From assembly GCA_010093995.1 (NCBI GenBank), contig ML992531.1:1-63967 (forward strand): DNA of 63,967 bases, written 5' to 3'. This document shows, piece after piece, positions 35,220 to 46,365 of the stretch. The position numbers were made by a program, and so were the translations under genes. Below the pieces are notes generated by a model. The model was not told the origin of the DNA. It did no database searches and worked only from the letters and a program-made list of their open reading frames with translations. The stretch's first letter is position 1; the number at the start of each line of letters is the position of its first letter. This DNA comes from Elsinoe ampelina (lineage: Eukaryota).

Positions 35220-38200
35220 ATGTCTTCTTCCTTGGGGCCGGATGCCTCGCTGCAGGATATCGAAGATGAGCTCACTTTACAGACCATGCTCATGGAGAGC
35301 TTGGATGATGCACCCGACGATGATGAGACTAAATTGGGAATCAAAGAAGCCATCCAGGAATTGGAACGACGTCTAAGTGAGATGGATTCACTACCAGAGT
35401 CGAGTCACGGATCGGCCACCTTGGAGACAGATGTCACCGCACCTACCGACTCTGACGACTCCCTCTCGATTGTCAAGACACAAAAGCGACCAGCTCCTTT
35501 TCCTCAAGGCGGTAGTCACCCAAAACGTCATGCAGCAAACAATCACGTCTCCTCACAATCCACCCAGAAGAAGTCGTATGCCGAACGTGCTCGTCAAAGG
35601 CAGCTCGAGGAGGAAGAGAGGATGCGAGCTCGTCGCCGCATCGAAGAAGCAGATGCCGAGCTCGCCATGCACCTCACTCAGCATGGCGAATCATCGAGCG
35701 CAGCCGCATCGAGACCAGCCACAGGTCCAACCTTCGGTGCGCCCAGTCAGCTTGGAGCAAACAATCCCTTCTCGCTGCCTTCCCATGCACGCAGCACTCC
35801 TCAGCCGAGATCATCTCAAGACACCTACCAGACCAGTCTTTGGCACCCACCAGCCCGTGTCAAGTCAGAGTCTCGACCATCGCAGCCTGGTAGGACCAAC
35901 AGTCACGTCAAGTCTGAAGGGGGAACATCGACTGCTCGCGCAGGCCCGGTCGATCGCAGCTCGGACATAGTTGACCTGACTGGTGACGACTCGGATTCAC
36001 CAGTGCTCCCGCCTCAGTGGCAGCAGACGAACTCAGGGTCCACCTTTGGGTCGTTTGCAAGGCCGGTCTTCGTCGCACCCGGCCAGCCGAGCACTTTCAC
36101 TCCGCCTTCTGGTGGTGCTCTGGTAGTACCTGGATCATATCCTACCACAATGCAGCAGCTCAGTGGCGGTTCTGGCAGCCCAGGCTCCTATCCGAATCAC
36201 GCGGCGGCGCTAAGAGAGAGGCAGAGACACCAGATGGAGCAGGTGATGCAGCGTAGGATGCAAGCAACCGGTAATTACGTCTTCGGTCAGCATGCTCAGC
36301 CGGGCCCTGGTAGTTCGTACCCCCGACATCAGCCGACCCCTGGTAGTTCATACCCTCAACGTCGGCCACCGAGCATCTATGAACGACAGGATCTACCACC
36401 ATCCGTGTTCGATCGAATGCGGGGTGCTATGACGACCTTTTCCGAGAATGTGGCGCAATTGGGCGAGCTCATCAACGGGTCTTCATCGAGAGTCAAGCGT
36501 GATCCCTACGATGACGGGGATAGTGACTCCGGCATGGGCGATCCTGCGGAGCTGACCGAGGATCTCAAGAATCTCATGGACAATATTCGTCCTGACGAAG
36601 AGCTGCCGGTCGAAGAACGTGACGTGGAGATCGAAAGCATGACGGTGAAATTGAAGCCCTATCAGGGGGCTGGTCTTACCTGGTTGCAGAACATGGAAGA
36701 TGGCACGAACAAAGGCGGCATCCTGGCTGACGACATGGGTCTGGGCAAGACTGTCCAAGCTATCGCATTGATGTCGACAAGACCATCACCAGATCCCGCC
36801 AATAAGACGACCCTCATCATCTGCCCAGTGGCCCTTCTACGTCAGTGGAAGGAGGAGATACAGAACAAGCTCAAACGTGGTCGTCACAGTATGAGCGTCT
36901 ATATCCATCACGGACCTCAGAAGAAGAAGACGCACCAGGAGCTACGTGCTTTCGATGTCGTCTTGACCTCTTTCGGCACCATCGGTTCCGAGGCCAAAAA
37001 GCGTCAGAGATTTGAGGCCCGCAAGGAGGTTGATCCTACCACAACCGAGCGAGCGGACGAAAAATGCCTGTTCATCGCACCACGTAACAAGTGGTATCGC
37101 GTAATTTTGGACGAGGCGCAGAACGTCAAGAATCGCAATACTCAGGCATCGCGAGGAGTCTGTCAACTATCTGCCGAGTTCAGGCTGTGCATGACTGGCA
37201 CGCCAATGATGAACAGCGTGGACGAGCTATACTCGTTGATCAAATTTCTTCGCATTCGCCCATATAACATCTGGACGAAATTCAACCTCGAATTCTCTAG
37301 GCCCATCAAGTCGAGCCGCGAGGAATTCCGTGAGAGCGCCATGAAGCGTCTACAGGCTTTGCTCAAGGCCATACTACTACGTCGTCACAAGAAGTCAAAG
37401 ATCAACGGCAAGCCTATCTTGGTACTACCAGAGCGCATTGTGGAGCAGACTGCAGCGGAGTTCACCGAAGAGGAACGCGACTTCTACAAGGCGCTAGAGA
37501 CTCAACAACGCATCCAGTTCAACAAATACGTCAAAGCTGGCACTGTCGGCAGGTCTTACGCTCACATTCTGGTCATGCTGCTCCGCCTTCGTCAAGCATG
37601 TTGCCATCCTCATCTGGTCAAAGACTTTGGTGTACAAATGGCCGCCGAGATATCCGAGGACGATATGATCAAGATTGCCGAAGGCTTGGATGCTGGGGTT
37701 GTGGAACGCATCAAGAACAGCAATGGAGAGTTCGAGTGCCCTGTGTGCTACGATGCTGTCGACAATCCTGCCATTTTCGTTCCATGTGGTCACGACACCT
37801 GTGCAGACTGTTACATCAAGATCAAGGAAGCCGCACAGAATGGTGAGGTCGCCGATGTCGGTCAGAACAAGGCCAAATGTCCAAACTGCCGTGGCATAAT
37901 CGATCCAAAGCAGGTCATTGACTACGAGACTTTCAAGAAGGTTCACATTTCTCAACCCGAAGAGGAGCCAGAAAACGTCTATGGTGCAAAGACTGGATCT
38001 GAGACCGAGACAGACCCTGAGGCTACCGAGTCAGAAGACGAGGGCGACGACGTTGATGATAGCAGTAGCGAAGACGAGGATAACATTGAGAGCGAGACCG
38101 AGTCCCTCGATGGCTTCATTGTTAACGACGATGCTGAGATTGATGAAGACAAGCCGAAGAAGAAGGGCAAGAAGCCAGTCAAGGTCATGCGCAAGAAGGA

Positions 38201-39155
38201 CAAGAGGCTTGCTGATGCTGACTCCGAGACTGAGTCGGAAGATGAAGCTCCCAAGCAGCGCGGCAAAGGCAAGAAGCCAATGGCTGTCATCTTCCGCCGA
38301 CCAGGTCAGCCAGCACTCGACTCAGATGATGACGACGACGAGACCGATGGAACTACCACAAAGGTCGATGGAACTACCACAAGGGTGGATGGAACTACCA
38401 CAAAGCCTGCCGAAGAGAAGAAGCGTCGCAAGAAGCACCGCTCCAGGAAGTCCAAAGGCAAGAGCAAGAAGAGCAAAGGCAAAGCCCCCGCCGCACCCAA
38501 AAAGAAGCGCGCGCAACAAAAGACCATCGCGGAGCTCAAGAAACTCGCCACCCGCTCCCTCGCTGCCAAGAAGGAGTACCTCGAGCGCATCCGCAAAGAC
38601 TTCATCGACTCAGCCAAAGTCTCCAAATGCATCTCCCTCATCAAGCACATCATCGAGACGACCGACGAGAAAATCATTGTCTTCAGCCAATGGACCTCGC
38701 TCCTCGACCTTGTCGAAATCCCCGTCGACGAAGCCGGTTGGTCCTACACGCGCTACGACGGCAGCATGCCAGCCAAATCCCGCGCCGACGCGGTCGACGA
38801 CTTCAAAGACCCCACCCGTCGGCAGCAGATGCGTCTCATGCTCGTCTCCCTCAAGGCGGGCAACGCGGGCCTGAACCTCAACTGCGCGAGCCAGGTGATC
38901 ATCTTGGATCCGTTCTGGAATCCGTACATCGAGGAGCAGGCGATTGATCGCGCGCATAGACTGGGGCAGGAGAGGGAGGTGAGGGTGCATAGGTTGTTGG
39001 TCGAGGAGACGGTGGAGGACCGCATCTTGAAGTTGCAGGAGGATAAGAGGGCGATGATCAATGAGGCGTTGGATGAGGGGGCGGCGCAGAGGCTTAGTAG
39101 GTTGTCTGCGGCGGAGTTGGGGTATTTGTTTGGGGTGAGGGCGAGGCCTGCGTAG
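35220..39155 (+). CDS. SNF2-family ATPase with inserted RING finger (ULS1/Ris1-like), intronless
   Basis: GGILADDMGLGKT, LDEAQ, TGTPMMN, CPVC..CGHDTC..C..CPNC RING, SLKAGNAGLNL, QAIDRAHRLGQ; SIM-like IVDLT. Confidence 0.92.
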   Translation: MSSSLGPDASLQDIEDELTLQTMLMESLDDAPDDDETKLGIKEAIQELERRLSEMDSLPESSHGSATLETDVTAPTDSDDSLSIVKTQKRPAPFPQGGSHPKRHAANNHVSSQSTQKKSYAERARQRQLEEEERMRARRRIEEADAELAMHLTQHGESSSAAASRPATGPTFGAPSQLGANNPFSLPSHARSTPQPRSSQDTYQTSLWHPPARVKSESRPSQPGRTNSHVKSEGGTSTARAGPVDRSSDIVDLTGDDSDSPVLPPQWQQTNSGSTFGSFARPVFVAPGQPSTFTPPSGGALVVPGSYPTTMQQLSGGSGSPGSYPNHAAALRERQRHQMEQVMQRRMQATGNYVFGQHAQPGPGSSYPRHQPTPGSSYPQRRPPSIYERQDLPPSVFDRMRGAMTTFSENVAQLGELINGSSSRVKRDPYDDGDSDSGMGDPAELTEDLKNLMDNIRPDEELPVEERDVEIESMTVKLKPYQGAGLTWLQNMEDGTNKGGILADDMGLGKTVQAIALMSTRPSPDPANKTTLIICPVALLRQWKEEIQNKLKRGRHSMSVYIHHGPQKKKTHQELRAFDVVLTSFGTIGSEAKKRQRFEARKEVDPTTTERADEKCLFIAPRNKWYRVILDEAQNVKNRNTQASRGVCQLSAEFRLCMTGTPMMNSVDELYSLIKFLRIRPYNIWTKFNLEFSRPIKSSREEFRESAMKRLQALLKAILLRRHKKSKINGKPILVLPERIVEQTAAEFTEEERDFYKALETQQRIQFNKYVKAGTVGRSYAHILVMLLRLRQACCHPHLVKDFGVQMAAEISEDDMIKIAEGLDAGVVERIKNSNGEFECPVCYDAVDNPAIFVPCGHDTCADCYIKIKEAAQNGEVADVGQNKAKCPNCRGIIDPKQVIDYETFKKVHISQPEEEPENVYGAKTGSETETDPEATESEDEGDDVDDSSSEDEDNIESETESLDGFIVNDDAEIDEDKPKKKGKKPVKVMRKKDKRLADADSETESEDEAPKQRGKGKKPMAVIFRRPGQPALDSDDDDDETDGTTTKVDGTTTRVDGTTTKPAEEKKRRKKHRSRKSKGKSKKSKGKAPAAPKKKRAQQKTIAELKKLATRSLAAKKEYLERIRKDFIDSAKVSKCISLIKHIIETTDEKIIVFSQWTSLLDLVEIPVDEAGWSYTRYDGSMPAKSRADAVDDFKDPTRRQQMRLMLVSLKAGNAGLNLNCASQVIILDPFWNPYIEEQAIDRAHRLGQEREVRVHRLLVEETVEDRILKLQEDKRAMINEALDEGAAQRLSRLSAAELGYLFGVRARPA
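38345..38405 (+). repeat. 21-bp coding tandem repeat (DGTTT[K/R]V x~3)
   Basis: GATGGAACTACCACAA repeated three times at 21-bp period. Confidence 0.85.
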
Positions 39156-39593
39156 GAGGTGATGAGAGGGGTTGGGGAGTGGTGATGGAGCGGAGATCGG
39201 TTCGGGGCTGGAGTGAATGATATATGAGGAGTTACGGTTACACGACAACGAAGAACGAGACGAGGTAAATGGTATTTTTGGGCTCGGACGGGGGGAGATT
39301 CATTACAGCATTATACCTCACGGCAACTTATTTCAGACGGCGTTGCTTTCGGCAGATAATAGTAGTAGATATACCCAGCATGGTTATCAGAGCAATCACT
39401 GCAAGATGCTACATGCGGTAGACGCTCTAGTCAGACGAATGCAAAAGTCAGCTATACAATTATGCCGTTCCTTGCGCGATTAATATCCGCACCAGGTGCA
39501 ACTTCCTTTGCACTTGACAAGCAATCCCTCCTTGCTGGCTCCAACACGGCACTCTTACCACCTCACCCCAGATTCCTCCTGGCCCGCCCCTCG

Positions 39594-40781
39594 TCAATGA
39601 CCTCCAACACTTTTCTGCTTCTCCACCGGATTCGCAGCATTGATCCCCTTTACGATCCCATACGACGTCCCAGTCGCGAGCGCACCAACGAACAGCGTCT
39701 GCGCGGCAGAAACCCACCTGTCGCGAGGACTGCAGCCGAGGACAATGGCTTTGACGTACCCAAACGCGATGAGCGTCATTATAGTGATGCATACGGAGGC
39801 AGGGAGGGCGTGTTTGGTCTTCTTGATGATGAAGTAGGGGATCATTGGGACGAGGCCGCCTGTCTCTCGTCAGTGCCTGATCGTGCGATGGAGATGAGGG
39901 TCAAGAAGGGGAGGGGAGGGGAACGAACCGATGAAGAAGGCGATGCTCATTACTAGCCCTTCTTTGAGGGCGAAGCGGTGGTCGGGCTTTTCGAGGCGGA
40001 GCTTGAAGTGCATGATGAACTGGTGGGTCAGTATGAGATGGTGGGGGAGGTGGGTGGAGGCTACCTTGATCTACGTTGATTCATCAGAGTGGAGGCGTTG
40101 TGCAAAGGCGGTGATGTCCTGGGTTTTGACGCCGTAGTCGTTGAAGAGTCTTCGGATTTCCTTCTCTGCTGATCGGGGCTGTGATGTGACTGGTGCATGT
40201 TGGGAAGAGTGGGCGAAAGACAGAGTTGGAGGTGGTGTCGGGAAGGATTGCTCTGATGTTTGCGGGTCTGGCCGTCGAGAGAAAGTAGGGGTCTGGTATT
40301 GCTGGCGTTCTGGAATCGTTTCCAATTCACCATCCATGGTAGGTAGGGCCGTGTGCACCTCAGTATGGTCACGAGGCAAAGATGGCTTCTCCTGATCGTG
40401 AATGTGCTCTCCCAGGTCCGGCGCAGGTATCTTGACCTCACCGTACTACTTGGCTCGTTCTTTCGCCTGCATGATCTCATATCGCTTCTTCTCCGTGACA
40501 CTGGCCAGGACGGCTCCAAGACCCATGGAGATGGCTCCGGCAAACAATTCTGCAAGACCACCGAGGATGACCAGCTTGGAGTCTCCGAGACTGCTCAGAC
40601 CTGCTGTGAGGGCAAAAGGGACCGTCAAGCCGTCGCTGAATCCAATGACTGCGTCGCGGATGAGGACAGGATCCTGGAGGAACTTGACATTGGGTTGAGT
40701 GGACACTAGGTCAGCGGATAGGGTTGTATCGAGGGAAGTTGTAGAGGTAGATGGCTCCATGTATGTACCAGGAGCAGCCAT
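39594..40781 (-). CDS. VIT1/CCC1 vacuolar Fe/Mn transporter with two in-frame TAG codons (40446-40448, 40071-40073); introns 40020-40064, 39860-39928
   Basis: RDAVIGFSDGLTVPFALTAGLSSLG, AELFAGAISMGLG, spliced *IK|FIMHFKLRLEKP, FFIG|GLVPMIPYF, FGYVKA; splice sites intact and no frameshift. Confidence 0.85.
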
Positions 40782-41273
40782 CGCAACTTTTCACTTGAAA
40801 TGATAAGAGTGTTAACGATGTGCTGCCTTTGAGCTGCTATCGACTGAAGCGAACATGATTGGGGGCACGAATGAGATGAATATCATTTGAGGAAAGAGCG
40901 ACCCTCCATGGCCTTGCCTCTGCTAGGCTCTCAACATTACCTCCGAGTTGGCAGTGGTCAAAAATATCACAGGCGGGCTGTGGATGTCCGCGTTGATGGT
41001 CTGCCTGCTGTTGTGGCGGATTCAGGTATATGAAAGCGCTCAAAATCTGCAAGTTGTCATCACAAGTCACCCGGATGGTCTTCGGAACCGATCCAGAGAT
41101 CCGATTTGATTAGAATCGTGCCTTGGAGATGCGTTGGAGGTTTTGGAGGTCATGTTTGGAGGCAGAAATTTTGAGGCCGAGACATCAGCGAGAATGGCGG
41201 GGCGCTCGAAGGAACCGACATATATATGTCATCTCTCCCGTTCTTTGTTCATAGCTCTACAGAACGTTCAGTC

Positions 41274-42212
41274 ATGGCCAAATTGCTCAAGAAGCCATTG
41301 AAGCTTGCCCTCGTGCAGCTGTCCACAGGTCGGTCGGCCATGCCCATGGGTTACCAGCGCTGACTCTCCTTAGGCGCAGACAAGACGGCCAACCTTGCAC
41401 GAGCAAGATCAAAGGTCCTCGAAGCCACCTCGAAAGGAGCAAAGTTGGTAGTCCTGCCAGAATGCTTCAACTCTCCCTACGGCACCTCGTTCTTCCCAAA
41501 GTACTGCGAAACCCTACTCCCATCACCACCGTCTGAGGAACAGTCTCCAACCTTCCACGCCCTCTCCAAGTTAGCGAAAGAAGCAAATGCATATGTGGTA
41601 GGAGGGAGCATACCAGAATACTGGGAGGAGACCAAGAAGTACTACAACACTTCTCTGACCTTCGGTCCGGACGGGAACCTCCTCGCGACACACAGGAAGG
41701 TTCACCTCTTCGATATCAACATTCCTGGCAAGATCAAGTTCCGGGAAAGTGACGTATTGTCTCCAGGCAACAAAGTCACCATCATTGACCTACCAGAATA
41801 CGGCAAGGTCGCAGTAGCCATCTGCTACGATGTCCGCTTCCCAGAACTCGCGACCATTGCTGCGAGGAAGGATGCATTTCTCCTGCTCTACCCAGGAGCA
41901 TTCAACCTGACCACCGGCGCGCTGCATTGGGAGCTGCAAGCTCGAGCACGAGCTATGGACAATCAGGTCTACGTCGGTCTCTGCTCGCCAGCACGAGATA
42001 TGGAGGCCGAGTACCACGCATGGGGCCACAGCATGATCGTCGATCCCAACGCAGAGATTCTGAGCCAGCTAGAAGAGAAGGAGGACATTGTCTACGCAGA
42101 TCTGAACGGCGAGAGGATAGAAGAAGTGCGAAAGGGCATACCGATATATACGCAGCGACGATTTGACGTCTACCCTGATATCAGCCAGGGGAAGGTCAGA
42201 TACGAGGACTAG
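41274..42212 (+). CDS. NIT3: Nitrilase-family omega-amidase; intron 41329-41373
   Basis: VLPECFNSPYG, HRKVHLFDI, AICYDVRFPE catalytic triad, RARAMDNQ. Confidence 0.93.
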
Positions 42213-42528
42213 AAAAATGATACCCCATTACATCAATCATAGTCCAGCGTCACACCATATAAGAGACCATTCCATCTGCCTGAAACGGTTCAGAACTCCG
42301 ATGGCGAATTGTCGGGAAGGTGCTTTCTCAAGGCCGCCTGCCATGTTTGGTAAGTATATGTCGGTCCTGGACATTACGGACACGCTGCACATTTGTCTCT
42401 GCCACATGTGTTCCGCATATTCTTCGAGGTCACATTGATACCCATCAGACCTCATCATACTCGTTCGCTATCTTTATCGCGACCGATCATCAACTCCCAG
42501 GAAAACTGGCTGGACTTTGCGACCTAGG

Positions 42529-45500
42529 ATGACTTCGAACGAGCGCCGTCATGACAGTCGCCGTACATCAGCATTGTTTCACAATGGCCGAGAGCAAAGA
42601 CTCGAACATATTCGACCTTCGAAGTTGATTCTGAAACGTCCTGCCACAAGACTGCCTTGGCTTGACGGCGGCGCAAGCTCTCGCAGCATCCCAGGTCAAT
42701 TCGGCACCGAGCTCAGCGATCTCACGGAAAGTAATGCATACCCTAGCGGCACGTCCAGCAGCCCAAACTTGCTCGATCGATCGCCTGTCCCGAAGCCACG
42801 CTTGTCCATTGGCAGCCTACCAGACGTACCCGGCTCGTTCACACGAAAGGGTGGAGAGTACACACCTTCGACCTACAGCGGTAAGCACAGAATCGACAAA
42901 GATACCGACAGTCAGCATTCATTGTCAAAGAAGGATGCTGCGTCATACGAAAAACTTGTCGATCGCCCATTTACTCTGCTCGATCGTGCAGAAGCTCCTG
43001 CGATTCCACCAAGGACATCCAGCAGCACCCATGATGTACCAGAGACCGGAGATATCGGCCTCAGTGCCATTCCACGCACGAGAAGCTTCGACGGCAATTT
43101 GTCTTCAGACGCTCCATCTGTCAAGAAACCCTCGCAACAACATCACCGCCGACATGCACCGTCGACTGTATCTCAATTGGCTGTTCCCCGCGCACCCACA
43201 ACCTTGCAGCCAGTGTCGATGCGCGACACCATGTCAAATCTTCGAAGTCTCATGTCAGAAGCGATGAAGGTGGCTGAACAGGCGGAGAGGCAGAACAGGA
43301 CTGAAGACATGTCTGCCATCTTTCGAGAAGCTTCGGTCGCTATGAGAAATGCCAGTCAGGTCAGCGGACAGATGAGAAGTCCTTTAGCGCTTTCCGACAT
43401 CGAGTTGGCTCCGACCAGCGAAGAGTATACTGCGGACTCCAGCTCCGATATTGGATCCGAGTCGTCAGCCTGGGACTCACCCAGGAGAAAGCACATGTCC
43501 AACGAGACTATGCCGACTGAGTACTCGGCCAGTGTACCATCTGTTGGCAGTCCCCGTGTCAGCTCTCCATTTGCCGACCCTTCAAAGAGGCCATCAACAT
43601 CTTTGGGAAGCCAGCTTAAGATCCCGACTATTGCCGACCAGGTATCAGAAGGCGAGATCAGTCCGGGGACAGTACCAGAGAAATCAAAGAGTACTCAACT
43701 AGGTCTTCCGGATGCCCTTCAGAGACTGCATCAACCTCCGTCAGCCGACTCGATCATCATCGACTTTGCCTATGTTGAGCGACAAATTGGCGCGCCGTCT
43801 GGCAACCTTTCGCCGGTGATAAAGTCGAGACCACACCATCGCAACAAAAGCTTGAGACCCAGCGTGCCAGAACGAGACATGGACGTCAACCCCGAGGATG
43901 TCACGCAAGTTCCGATCAGGCCGAAGACCAGCGAAGAACCTGTCCCTGCACTAACGTCTATTCTTCCTGAACCAATATCCGAACCACGAGTAATAAGCGG
44001 TAGCGGTCCCAAGCGTCGAAAGCCACGCAAGGGCAGCACTCGTCGATCGCCCTATTACGAGGTCCCCGATCAGGCCCCCGTTGAGAGGGTACCGACCAAT
44101 CGAGAGACAGTCATCATCCCAGTGCCAGTTCCTGAAGCGCAAGTACCACCACAACAAGTCGTGAACATCACGGTCGGAGGAGGAGATCCTGGAGATAACG
44201 ACAACGTCAACCGAACGAAGAAGCTCAAATACAAGCGGCGACCAATCGCGAGGGAATAGGGAACCCTTCGCAAACGCATCACCGCCATCATTGCGTGCAT
44301 CAACACTGCTCTGATCGGTCTCATTGCTGGCATCTATGCTGGAGAAGTTCCCAAGATCCAGTATCAGCTCGCCGACATGAATCATCGGGTTATCCTCGGT
44401 AACGTCTTCTTCTACATTGGACTCGGAATCAGTACACTGATTGCCTGGCCATTACCATTGCTGCATGGTCGAAAGCCGTACATTCTGGTCGCACTCGCGC
44501 TGACGCTACCACTGCAATTCCCTCAAGCCATTTCTGTCAGCCAATTCCGATCACCAGACAGACGGTGGTATGTCGCTCTACTTCTGCCCAGAGCTGTCAG
44601 CGGACTCGTCTTGGGTTTCGCCAACGTGAACTTTCTGGCGACACTCCTGGACTTGTTCGGCGCATCCTTACAATCTCATCATCCACATCAAGAGATCGTC
44701 ATTTACGATGACATTCGGCGTCAAGGCGGGGGTGTCGGCCAATGGCTCGGTCTGTGGTCGTGGTGCTTTGTTGGGTCACTCGCAGTTGGCTTCCTGATTG
44801 GTGCAGTAATCACAGCCCGCCTACCTCCTGCTTGGGGCTTCTACTTTGTTGTCATCCTTCTGGCTGTCTTTCTGCTCATGAACATTGTGGCACCAGAGAC
44901 TCGGCGCTCGCCACACCGACGATCTATTCTGCATTACTTTGATGAGGAGGACAATCTGCAGCGGAAGATCGCTCGCGGAGAAATCAAGCTCCACTTGGCT
45001 CAGGATGGTCCGAAGTATTGGTGGGAAGAGGTATGGGCAGGGTTGAGGCTGATGCTTTACATGGTATCTCAAGCCGGCTTTGCAATACTGGCGCTATACT
45101 TGGCGTGGATATACGCGCTTGTGGTGCTGGTCACGCTGGTAAGTACCATGTCCGCCACAGTGGAGGTTCCGGTCACTGACAACATTTCAGCTGCTTAGTG
45201 CGCTATTGTCTACAAATTACCTGTGGCGTCCACAATATGTCGGTCTGGGTGTTTTCGCCTTAGCAGTCGGCGCTCTACTGGCAGTACCCCTTACGAGAGC
45301 CAACATGCTGTCTCGCGATCGAGTTGAGCCCGTCAGGACAGACAGCATGACTTTCCAACCCAGAGTGACATGGTCGTCTCATCTTGTACGCCGATGTATC
45401 TTCACTTTTGCCCTGCCACTTGCTGGCCTCGCCTTCACCTTGACCTCGCCCGGCCCAAGTCTCAATTGGGCGGCACCTACCGTCATGAGCGCGCTTGTGG

Positions 45501-46063
45501 GCTTTCTCGCAGTGCTTGCCATTGCTGAATGTGTGGGACTCACCATGGAGACCTACGATACCTGTGATCTCCAACCCGGTGCAAACTCCAAGCACCGTTT
45601 ACAATCTATGGACAGTCAAACCCGCCGACGCCGCACCAACTACTCATGTTTCCCTCGCGTCATTGCAGGCCTCTTCGCCTCTCAAGGACTCGGCTTCTTC
45701 CTCGCCGCCGCAGCCACCGGCGTAAGTGGACGCATCACCCGGGCTCTCGGCGCCCAAGCCGCCGTCGGAGTTGTCGCCGGCATCCTCCTATTCCTCACCA
45801 TCCTTCTCTCGCTCATCCTATGGCGTTTCCGCACAGTTCAAGTCATCCCCAACCACGCATTTGGTACTCGAAAGGGTACGAAGGAATGGACGGCTGACGA
45901 CGACGACAAGTTCTGGAAGCCCGTCATCGTGGGTAATCCGTCTGGAAAGGTCAGGAGGATGAATTTGCTGGAGACGGGCAAGTGGAGCAGGTGGACTGAG
46001 ATAAGGAGGATGAACAAGTTGGTCAAGCCGGGGACGTGGGAGGTGCAGTATGGGAAGAAGTGA
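42529..46063 (+). CDS. Large MFS membrane protein (AMD1-like architecture) with in-frame TAG at 44257-44259; intron 45139-45190; 5' end uncertain
   Basis: ~575-aa disordered N-terminus, then PIARE*GTLRKRITAIIACINTALIG..IYAGEVP, WPLPLLHGRKPY and multiple TM helices; the frame continues across the TAG. Confidence 0.82.
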
Positions 46064-46365
46064 TGTAGTCGGATTTCTGCGGGCCTTAGAGGAGCCTGAG
46101 AATTGATCTATTGACGCTTTACAATGGTGCTCTGCTCTGGTTCTTGCAAATCTAGTCTGCTTTCCTGAAGCCATCCAAAAGTGCGGGCTGCGACTGCCTC
46201 ATGCATGTCGCCTGTATACAATTCCTCAACCATCGAACATGCGCACCCTCTGATACACTACCAAACAATCCTTCCCACGACAGTCCTTACAGAGCAGACT
46301 TTTACAGAGCAGTCATTACAAAACACTCTCCGCCGAATCCTCCACCGAAGCCTCCGCTGAGGAAC

